Part shown: positions 1-10,100 of the stretch, one piece after another | How positions within the stretch are numbered: position 1 is the stretch's first letter | Layout: the number at the start of each line of letters is the position of its first letter | NCBI GenBank assembly: GCA_977030845.1 | Contig: OZ365114.1 | Coordinates: 25,358,001 to 25,422,000 of the forward strand | Length of the DNA: 64,000 bases | Direction of reading: 5' to 3' | DNA from: Fimbriosthenelais zetlandica | Taxonomy: Eukaryota | Notes under the pieces: generated by a model | Seen by the model: the letters and a program-made list of their open reading frames with translations, nothing else | Told to the model about the DNA's origin: nothing | Databases searched by the model: none | Position numbers and translations under genes: made by a program

Positions 1-513
1 TCCTTTGGTCTACTTGCGTTGCCTATTTGCTTGAATTCATTTTGCGACTCATCAATTTTATTTTTCGCGATGTTTTTTCTCGTCGGACAACATTAGTCTT
101 GTCGCATTCGACATCTCTTTTGTTGGATATCGTTGCGTTTCGCTTTGGCCGTCTTTTTTCTCACCGGTATCGTCTGGTTCGCGTCTTGGCCGCCATGATG
201 GATCGCCTAGCCCAGTTGCGCCATCAGTGGTAGACCTATGAACTAATACTCGCGTGGCGCCTCAGTTCACCATATCCACACTAGATGGCAGGTGCGCGCC
301 TTGGGTGCCCCGCAAGAGCGGAAACAGACTTGAGATTCAAGGCAAGCAAATGGCAAATATAACGTACTAAACACTATTTATTTTATTTACGATACTGACA
401 AACCCCCAGCTTATCATTGATTGGACATTCTTTCTTTTGGGAGAGACATGTCATGTGAAATAATCAAGGAATAACACACGAATGCCACAGACAGAGTTTA
501 CTTTGTTTACAGT

Positions 514-530
514 CCGCCATTTTGACGTCA
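514..530. promoter_or_regulatory. Composite YY1 site (CCGCCATTTT, 514-523) overlapping a palindromic CRE/ATF site (TGACGTCA, 523-530)
   Basis: Both are exact consensus matches, about 340 bp upstream of the EXT1 ATG in a CpG-rich region. Binding is inferred. Confidence 0.6.
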
Positions 531-727
531 TTGCCAGAAATGGGTACGTTACTGCCGTAAAACCTGAAGCCCAATATCACTAATATATCAGTGATTTTGT
601 CACATAAATGGACTACATATATTTAACGTGGATCATTTATATATCTGTTATCATTTGGAACATGTCGCATTGTTCTATATTTTTGTGGGGTATATCGACA
701 CTGTCGACCCGTTTACTGCAGAGACTC

Positions 728-900
728 ATGCTGGGCCAAACATGGCGGAGTAAGAGGCAGTGGGCACCTCCAAGATGCTGAAAACTTTATCACAATCCAG
801 AATTATCAGTGGATACCGGTAGCCCGGACTCTATGTACGGTACATGAAGACCCGGCGGTGTCGATGCAGGCGAAAAAGCGTTATTTCACGGCGGCTGTAG
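728..900 (+). promoter_or_regulatory. Cluster of five upstream ORFs in the presumed EXT1 5' leader
   Basis: ATG-to-stop at 728-781 (17 aa), 742-753 (MAE), 775-822 (15 aa), 833-847 (MYGT) and 844-900 (18 aa, out of frame and overlapping the main ATG at 864). The TSS is not known. Confidence 0.55.
738..748 (+). promoter_or_regulatory. YY1-type motif AAACATGGCGG, probably near the EXT1 transcription start
   Basis: It matches AANATGGCGG on the sense strand; such sites typically lie just downstream of housekeeping-gene TSSs. Confidence 0.5.
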
Positions 901-1753
901 TTGCATTGACGCTGCTGTTGTGTTACTTTGCCGTACAACGGTCACAAAATGGCGATGGAAGGGCCTCATCATCATCTGAAAGGGAGAGCTTGTGTTTCCT
1001 TGAGGAAACTGATGTACAAGCCGAGAGGGACTTACGTCCCTCAGCAAGGCAAAGGAGAGAAACTCGCACGCCGGCTTTTGACCACAAGAATTGTCGCATG
1101 GAGACATGTTTTGACTTCTCACGCTGTCGGTTTGGCTTCAAGGTGTATGTGTATCCAGCAGAGGAGAGTGCATCACAGATCTATGGGGAAATACTCAACT
1201 CTCTCAGAGAATCCAGATTCTACACCCAGGATCCTAATGAAGCCTGCCTCTTTGTCTTATCTATAGACACCTTAGATAGGGACACCCTAAGCTCACAATA
1301 TATAAAGAATGTCCAAAATAAACTTGACAATTTAAAATGGTGGAAAAATGGCCAGAACCACATCATATTTAACCTTTATTATGGGACGTGGCCGGATTAC
1401 GCTGAAGATGATCTAGGATTTGAGATAGGTAAAGCAATACTGGCCAAAGCCAGCTTCTCAGAGGCACATTACAGGAATGGTTTTGATGTCTCCTTCCCAT
1501 TATTTCATAAAGAGCATGAATCGAGGGGAGGGGAGGCTGGATACCTACAAGCCAACAATGTCCCACCCATTAGAAAGTATACACTAGTTTTTAAAGGTAA
1601 ACGCTATCTGGTAGGCATAGGATCTGAGACAAGGAACTCTCTGTACCATATTCATAACGGAGATGATATTGTTTTACTGACTACATGTAAGCATGGCAGA
1701 TGGAAGAATATACAAGATGAAAGGTGTGAAAAGGATAACCTGGAATATGACAA
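864..1753 (+). CDS. EXT1: Exostosin-1 (heparan sulfate co-polymerase subunit EXT1/tout-velu), first coding exon only: 296 codons plus 2 nt, covering the signal anchor, stem and most of the GT47 glucuronyltransferase domain
   Basis: The translation starts MQAKKRYF, the hallmark EXT1 N-terminus, followed by a hydrophobic type II anchor (FTAAVVALTLLLCYFAV). It carries the EXT1 motifs CRMETCFDFSRC, FKVYVYP, ACLFVLSIDTLDRD (DxD motif), NHIIFNLYxGTWPDY, AILAKAS, FDVSFPLF, FKGKRYLVGIGSETRNSLYHIHNG and LLTTCKHG...RCEKDNLEYDK. The GTG at 858 in the ORF track is not the start; the ATG at 864 matches orthologues. The ORF's stop (TAA 1755-1757) lies inside the splice donor. Confidence 0.97.
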
Positions 1754-1759
1754 GTAAGT
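1754..1759 (+). other. EXT1: 5' splice donor of EXT1 intron 1 (CAA|GTAAGT, phase 2)
   Basis: The sequence reads GAC AA|GTAAGTG, a consensus U2 donor. It splits the Lys codon of YDK, matching the exon 1/intron 1 boundary of human EXT1 (YEK|YDY, recalled). Confidence 0.95.
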
Positions 1760-1775
1760 GTTGTCAACTCTCACT

Positions 1776-1977
1776 AGATAACTTATCTCAACTTTATTGT
1801 TAGAAGAGTGAATCCTTATCTAGTCTCCATCCCGTTGATACTTTTGTTGCCTTCCCACTGTCACTGGTCGCGAGATAAGGTGAAATCCGTGATAAGATAA
1901 TGAATGGTGGACAAAAATTATGCCCCCTTCTTATCTTTTGACAGTTTTGTTAATATTTAATAATGTCCTAATGATAA
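1776..1977. promoter_or_regulatory. Homotypic GATA-site cluster at the start of intron 1 (candidate enhancer)
   Basis: Eight WGATAA/TTATCW sites start at 1776, 1783, 1816, 1873, 1890, 1895, 1931 and 1972. They include an inverted pair (AGATAACTTATCT) and a tandem pair (TGATAAGATAA). Confidence 0.55.
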
Positions 1978-4900
1978 GTGTCCAAAATGGTTACTTTATT
2001 TTACGGAATAGTACATACATATACACACAGAACTGAGAAGTGTTGATATTATTGGAAGAGGTTTGTCTTTTTGATAGAGACTTGACTTTGGTGCCAAACA
2101 TTCCTATACAACGTGTGGGGTGATTCATGAGTCATTGCCATTGATTGCAACCATTTATTTGTACTCAAAGTTTGCAATCATATCCTGAAATGTATGGATA
2201 ATATTGTATAAAGTAAGTTTACAGAATATAGATTGACTGGATGCTTACAAGTAGGTCCTTATCACTGCGGTATTTGTGAAGGTTCTGGTATCTGATAATT
2301 ATGAACACAATATGATAGGGGTGAACTTCTGTGTAAGTGTCATCCTGATCTTCATAAGTGAACCAATACACAAAGTAGGCCTATAGTATACCAAGGCAAA
2401 TTTCCAACTGATCCCAATTTAGATGGGAAAAGATCCATGTCTATCATGGAGGTATTTGTGAAGACTTTGATGTGTTTTGACTTATTTTGATAAATTATGA
2501 AGTGATTGGGTTGACATTTAGCTGTATCATGAATGTTCTGATAACACACAAGTGATCCCAGTTTAGTTGGGGAGGGGTGCGGTTAGTGGAAGATACTGGG
2601 TGCTCATTCTAATGGGAGGAAGTTTAGAGAAAGAGTGGAGGATGAGTGAGAGAGAGTATGACCATCAGAGACCAATCTCTACACTAAACACTTCACATAT
2701 CGATCCAGCTGTTGCTTCCATAAATGATGCCCATACATCTCAACACTGTCTACAGTACATACTGTAAATTCTATACTTCAGCCTTGTTTGATGAATTTTG
2801 CGGGTATATGCGTCACAACTCGGACCTGTCCATCCAGACATTGTCTGTAGTTTGAATGTTGTAGAAACCTGGATGTTGCTCCTGGATGTCTTCCAACTGT
2901 CTGTTTAGTTTGGTCTGATTCTCCATCAAAGAGGGTCAACTAAATTATTCATATATGTATTCAGACAGGATTTCATAGGATTCATCATCAAGTACCAAGT
3001 TTAATAATGATAATCCTCATGTTATTTTGCTCAATATTGTGATATAATACAAATTATTTTGGTATATATACAAATTATTGAGACACATTATTGTGGTATA
3101 CCAATGAATGCCAATCATAAATGGACCTCGGGGCGTATTTTAATGCTTCTAAACTTGTTATCTAAGTGCCAGTATGAGGACATGGATGCCATGTGCTGTT
3201 CCCTCATACTCATTATGTGGAGTTAATTTGTCAAGGCTCTCGTACATCATGTATATGAGTAAGTGAAATTGCTTGGCTAAATGAGGTCCTTGTGATGTGG
3301 TGCATTGACCCGCTGTCCGGTAGCGAGTTACCATGTTGAATAACCATAGCTCAGTAAGGTTGATAAATTTATCTACTATTAGACATGCTCTGCAAGCCAC
3401 ATGAATTTATTTCCATCCCTAAAAAAAACACCATTAGCCTAGATAGGAACCCCCAGGTCATCTATGTTAAATAGCACATCACAAAATGGAATCCAACTAG
3501 GATCTGTTAGGTTATCTTTATGTAGTAGCTTTTTTGTGAGGTACTAGGAACATTAAGTTTTCGTTAGTGCTTATTTTCGTTGAAAGAAACCTGGAAACAA
3601 ATCTAGAAATAAACTCTGGCGGAGTTCGGTGATTGACAAAGTCTAAATAATATCAAGCTCCAGCTTGAGTTTTTCTTGACTTTGGAGGTTTTATCTTCGC
3701 CTGAGATGTTGAGTGTTTATCGATGTTAGAACTTAGTAATGCCTCACGGGCTGATGAGGTTGCCCCTGTCAAAAAGAAAGCCAGAATTTGTGTTTATTTG
3801 AGCATCCAACAAGGGCAAGAATGTTTATAAACGGACTTAAAATGGGAGTACGTTGGTCTGGGTCTGGGTTACCTCAGTGACAGTTAGTACCATGGCCGTG
3901 ATGGCATCTTCTCTACCTTCACTACCCCGCTCTACCCAAACAACACTCACACCAGTCACATGTGAGAATCAATATACTATATACACACTATCATCTTGGA
4001 CATGATTATTTATCCTTCAACTCCTCAGTCCACTCTCCCTCCAGAGACAATCTTTGAATGATTCTGTTTTGAATTATTTCAATCACATCCCTCCAGATCC
4101 CGATTCTCTATGTCTTTCATAGTAAAACATCATACCTGTAAGCTGAGTGTATTATGACTGAGGATAACAGTTGTTTCTAAAGTGTGGTATTAAGTCTCAG
4201 TGGCTTAAGTTTTGTGAGTACACTTGGCCTTTCAGTGAGTAAAGGGAAGTGATGTATAGATGCCATTATCTCCACTCTCGTGCGTGATGCAATGGAAATC
4301 CACCTTGGCATCTTGACAATAGTAGGTGAGAGCACCGTATCTCCTATAGTAGGACTATTAAGGCTACACAGAAAAGATGTGGGAGATAGCTCTTACAAAT
4401 ACAGCCTGTCAACGCTTAACTCTTGCCAAGTATTACTGCCAGGTAGGGCATCACTTGGCATGCTTATACATGCTCCTGTCCAACATTCACTGATGGCACA
4501 TTCCTAAGATCAGAATTAGCATATCTGTACTGAGAGAGGTCAATGGAACCCTACGATCTGCATTAGGTTGGTCAGTTGGCCAGAATAGTAATGCATTGAA
4601 TGACAACCAGAAGGTAGATCAAGCATCAGAAAATCTCAGCACCTGACCCTATTACCAATTTGGAAGATAACTGGCTTAAGGCTATATTAGACCTATAAAA
4701 ATATCGGTCTTAGTTGCCCTGTAGCATCACTAAAGTATAATGGTTAGGAATAATCCCAATATTGAATTGTTGGGATATTTTGAACTGGAAAGGGTCGTGA
4801 AAGCGGGTGATACGTTTGTCATTGACAGGATATCATGTTAAGTGGACATGGCTGTCTGGGTCTGTCACGAGGAAACATGGTATGTTTTATACCGCTCTCA

Positions 4901-7084
4901 AATGTTCCCGTCTCAGACGAGGAAATCATATCCACATGTGAGAAAATGTGGAACATTTTATTAATGGGGAACGCTCATGCCCTAGATTTAATACGTTTTG
5001 CCTCTCCTCATTTTATAATTTGGAAAGTGGAACCTTTTAAAGTGTTTAGCTGTTCCATGTATCCGATCGTATCTCCCATTTTACAGTCGGTGTAATACTA
5101 GGCCTGGATATCCACTGATGAACTGTAAGGAAATGGGAGATAATAATTTTCAAAAGTAGCTAAAAATGTTGTCATTTGAACCAGTAATGCATGATATGAG
5201 CCCTATAAAACTGTCAAGGCTGCAACAATTTGGGATAATATTCAGTGCAGCGAGGGCTTATTATCTTAATAAAAATGTCCAAAAATCACCATTACTGTCC
5301 CGAAGAGTCAGTTTTTGCTCTTAAATATCGGCCACGAGCTGGAATATTTACTGCCCTCTCAATTATTTTCTGTAACAATGTGTTCAGAATGTTGGAAACA
5401 AGTTTGTGTTTGGGCTTCCTCAGTTACTAATGGTTAGACTTAAGAAATACCACAAAACCGCAGCCCCTCAAGTGCCTGTGCACCTGCTACTGCACCTGCT
5501 TTATATGAGACTGATCTTCATGGGACTTTGGACAATTTATTCCTCATTGTTAACAGAATCAATCTCTGTGGTTAATCCATCAACATAGAGCTCTGGTTCA
5601 CTGTACATGCTTAATTAAATGTGCGACTCTATATAATATATATTATCTAGAGTCACTTTATAGCTCGGATGTAGTCGAAAATAAGCTCAGATATTGCATC
5701 CTCCTCTTGCAGGTCCAGATGCTACCACACTGGCCCTGCTAGATCCTATGCCCTTTCCCCGGGAGGACCACCTACTGAGCGACTTTGACCTCCTTAAACT
5801 TGTATTACCCCATCATCCAATGAGCTAAGCCCTTACTCTAGCTATGGCATCCTGGGGAACCCCTATCTTTCTTACCATAATAGAAGTGTGTGTCCTTCAT
5901 CCATATAACTATATATAACTTGATATGCTTCATCAATGGCAATGAGCTGTAGTCTCCGTTGGTATTTTTCTTTCAATAACATCTCTCTCCATTTTGGTGT
6001 CCCCACAATGGACTAGTGAGAGGCAAAAATATGGGTATAATACCCTCAGAATATATCCTCCTGTCCTATGTAGCAGGCATTATATTTCAACTTCTCAAAG
6101 TACAATACCTGCTCCTTTATTATCGGGAGTAGGCCTAAATTACAAAAACAATCGTCTCATCCTCCTCCATGTTGTCATGTTTCCAAGCTAAGGCTTCCCT
6201 TTTGGCTAGTAATATTAAACAATGTCACTCTGGAAGAGTTTTAAAGACGGGATTCGGAAAACTTGAATATCTCTGACCTTTAACTAGCTTCCATGGTTGA
6301 AACTTGAATTTCCCTCGCCTCTTACAACAAGGCTTCTTATTGGTTATCATCTAACCCCTTATCCCCATCTGACCCAGAAACCAACGGAATCCTCCAGTAT
6401 ATTCTAAAAATAGATGCGTCCAAGACAGTGGACGCGGGACATCTGATTGGAGGAGAAGCCTGATTAATTATTCATGAGTTCCCAGGAATGTGGGGACGAT
6501 CTGGCAGGGCGTCAGACGGAGTTTATGAAACGGAGGAAAGATGCCCTGCTGTGGGGAGGATGAGATATTGAGACTGTCAGGACTTTATGCCCGAGGCTGG
6601 GAAAATGGTTTCAGATATTTTCTCCGCTTATAATGAGGATATTGTTAGGTTTTATGCGTCACTCTAAGCTGAGAATAGTAACTGGCGTTTACAATTACTT
6701 CATGCCGTTATGACGTAGTAGGCCTAGTAATATATGACACTGAAGAAAAGTTGGCCAGACTGAGTATAGAGTTTGTAAAGTTTGGATCTGTGTTGAGGAT
6801 GACACCGTGAAGGTAAAGTGATGAGAGGTGTTGATTAGCTGCTCAGCCTACACACATTAACATCTCCCTTATGGCGTTTCCATCTCTCCATCCTCAATAG
6901 TAAGACATTTATCAGCAGTGTGGTGCAGGATTCCCGCTGTCCACCCCTTCAGAGCAGATCACAGAAGATGATCCTTTCATGTGATCAGGGCACATCATTC
7001 TTTACCGTACTATACCCCCTGATAATACATCACACCTGAGAGAGGGTGGTGGAGGGGTAAATCTACAACCCCGGTCTCCTATAA

Positions 7085-7111
7085 CCCTCCCCCACCCCCC
7101 ACCCCCCACCC
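7085..7111 (-). repeat. (CCCCCA)n-like tract; G-quadruplex motif on the minus strand
   Basis: CCC T CCCCC A CCCCCC A CCCCCC A CCC gives five G-runs with 1-nt loops on the template strand. Confidence 0.75.
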
Positions 7112-10100
7112 ACTCATCTCCCAGGAGGCATACGCGGGTTATAAAGAGTGAATGATTAGACCCCCATTTAAAATACAGTGAATCTCTCCCTTTAGAGTAG
7201 CCTCCACACGCCAGACTGAGCCAAGTTATATAGAGGGGCTGGCCAGAGGTCAAGACTAGTGACCCTGGCTTGCTTGGACCAAGTAAAACATGCAAAGAGC
7301 TGACCCAGGGGTCTGGATCGTGGATGCTGGCTGACATGATGGGTCTAGCCTGCCTGGAGTGCTCCAGCCTATACAGACTGAGGGCTCGTTCAATGAGAGA
7401 GAAGCTCAGAGCATATCCAGGCCGTGAACCACTTCCTCTGCTAGTTAAATTATCTACTATAGATGTGTTATTTATAGTAAGTACATGATATTCACCATGC
7501 AAGACTACAGAGTGGATCCGGGTCAAGGAGTCAAGTGTTGCACTTTACTTCTGGGTTCCCAGTTCACATGCTCAACCATTGTTATGACCCATAAAATATT
7601 TTCTCTGTCAGATCTTTTAAACTTCTGGTCATTTTTTCTTGATCTGATGCCGTTTTCACATGCATGCTTTGGGGTCAGTACAAGCGAGTACACTCTGGTT
7701 CTCAGAATGATTTTTTTCTGTGCTACCAGCCCAAAGTACCAGCTAGGCCATATGTAGGAGCCCAGTAATAACAGCTGTGTGATTTCCACCATATTTCGTG
7801 GGTTCCTGGGAATGGTTCGAGATGTTGCCATGAACATGTATAACAAAGATGGTCATTACCATGATTCTGACATGATAATGTTTAGTGCATGATGATTAAT
7901 CATTATTGTCTTCACATATTCTCTCTCGCACAGCCTTCCAAATGAGTTTTCTCACACAAAATGGCCCATTTAAGGCAATAAAGGCTTGTACCATCTTAAT
8001 AGTGAATTGCCCAGGCGTTTTCCAGGGCCTGTGATTCACACGCCTAGAGCACGTAGATCAATAGGAAACTGGGTAGTATGTGATGACCCTCTTTGGGCTG
8101 ACCCAGGCCAACATGCCTCTCACATCGCCCAATCTAAATTTACTTTACACAAACCACGCCAAACCATCTCAGAGATAGCCTGCTACATGATGAGACCCGA
8201 CCATCTCAGACAGGACCGAGAAAATGGATCTGTGTGTTTGTGACTTCCAAGAACCATGTCTCTGGAATTGAAATTTCATGGCAAATTCTCATTTGATTTA
8301 AAGCTGGTTGGTATACATGTATAAATATGCATATTAAAATGCCAAACCATTGAATAGTGTTATTTCTAACACACTTACCACCCTCTTTTACCAAGCCCGA
8401 ATGGAATGTTGTAATATAATTTCATGGAAAGTCCATTGATAGTACAATCGGTCATTTTGCGTGGTAAGTAGTTTTAGAGGCGAGCAACTGGAAACATGCC
8501 ATTTTTTGGCCTAGATCACTATATGATGAGACCCCAGCCAGTCGATAAAGGCTGGGGGCTTGCTTGCCAGTCGCTAGAGGGCGGGATACCATATTTTACC
8601 CTGAGGGAACCTTTTCACCTTATCCCCATGTAATAAATAGCTGGCACTAGACGGTCCTTTTGTGTTACATCTCCAGCTAGCTATCCTAAATGACTAATGA
8701 TAAATTGAAGACACGAGGCTGAAGATGAGACTGAAATGTCTCCATCTTGATAGCTAAAATGAGAGCTCCCATAATAACAACTCTCCATCTCCCTCTATCT
8801 ATACCAGACATTGAAAACTAACCCGGCCAAATCTACATTCCCCGTGCCCGCCAGGAAAGGTAATTATTTGAGATTTTTCTATATGCAGCTCTCAAGTGTA
8901 GCAAGCATCTCGCCTGGAGAATGAATGTTATTCCCCTCTTCCTGCTTGTAAGCGGGGTGAAATACGACGATTGGTCACAGCCTCTAGGTAGGCACGTGGT
9001 GAGGGTTCGGCGCCGCCTTACCTATATATCTAAATCACCTCTTTTTCAGACAAGCTCGTCTACAATCTGGGAGCTCCATTGCTTTGCTTCGGACACTTTT
9101 TTTCACCCAGATTCTCTCGCCTAAGTCTGTGATCCTAATTCTCCTGACGCCTGCACCTCCTGCTGATAGATTCCACACAGGGTTTGTGTGTATTAGAGAA
9201 ATGGACGCGGCAGTGAAAATAAATATGTTATCATATCAACATCCAATACTGCCTGCTCCACTATAAAACTCTGTTATTCTCAGTATTTCCTTGGTTAAAA
9301 AATGTCCAAATGGAAAAAGTGCATCAGCAAAGAGATGCTCCGAGCAATATAAATACTACATCCTGATGGACTGGCGCTTTCTTCAATATTTTGAGAAGGG
9401 ATTTACAACTGTTTTTCTGTTGTAAAACGTTTGATATTTTAAAATTCCCTCTCTCCTGCACTCACGTCTTAGTATTGAGTTTGTGAATTGAATATAATAG
9501 CCAAAGGACGAACAAAATATGGGCATGCAATATGTAATGGTTTGCTCCACTCAAAACATTGCTCTGACCTTTGTGTCATACTACTAAATTTATAGTAAGG
9601 AAGCAATAAAGGACTTGACATTCAGAGGAAGTGAAATTTAAAACAACACCCTAAAAGTTACACCATCCGTCTCAGGAAATGCCAAGTTTTAAATCAGCCA
9701 CCTCGCCATTGTAAAGCTATTTTTTCTCTGCTAAGTCGATATTTGAAGAGAGGCGCCCACAGTTAGTGCTATACCATTAATGCTTCCGGCCCAGAAAAAA
9801 AACCCTCCGCCTTCCTGGAACAAAGATAACATTAACCTATCTCGATTTATATAACCGACTCTCCAGCTGTAAGGCCAGAGAGGAAAAAGGTGAACGGAAT
9901 AATAGCTCCTCCAAGAAATGGATAAATCACGTGTATGAATGAAGAAAACTGGACCCAGCCTGGCCCATGTATTTGTTGGCAATTAGGCCTTCTTCATTCT
10001 TTCATTCGGATGAAATAATGATGGGAAATGAAAGGTGTTAAAACAGGTTCCATTCTCGTGTAGCTCTGGCTTGGAGCCAGCAGATGGGATTTTAAATAGG

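Noticed and set aside
27-233. 68-aa + strand ORF ending in MMDRLAQLRHQW, with GCCGCCATG at 189-197
   Set aside because: It has a TTG start and no recognisable domain. The Kozak-like string is the reverse of a YY1/ATGGCGGC motif in CpG-rich promoter DNA.
886-1566. Overlapping alternative-frame and antisense ORFs inside EXT1 exon 1
   Set aside because: These are shadow ORFs of a real coding exon with no independent features.
858-1757. Treating the 299-aa ORF as a complete protein
   Set aside because: Its stop is part of the GTAAGT donor at the conserved intron position, and the protein lacks the rest of GT47 and all of GT64.
7002-7846. Longest non-EXT1 ORFs (174 aa and 107 aa, minus strand)
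   Set aside because: They run through the C-rich simple repeat, show no recognisable motif, and have lengths compatible with chance.
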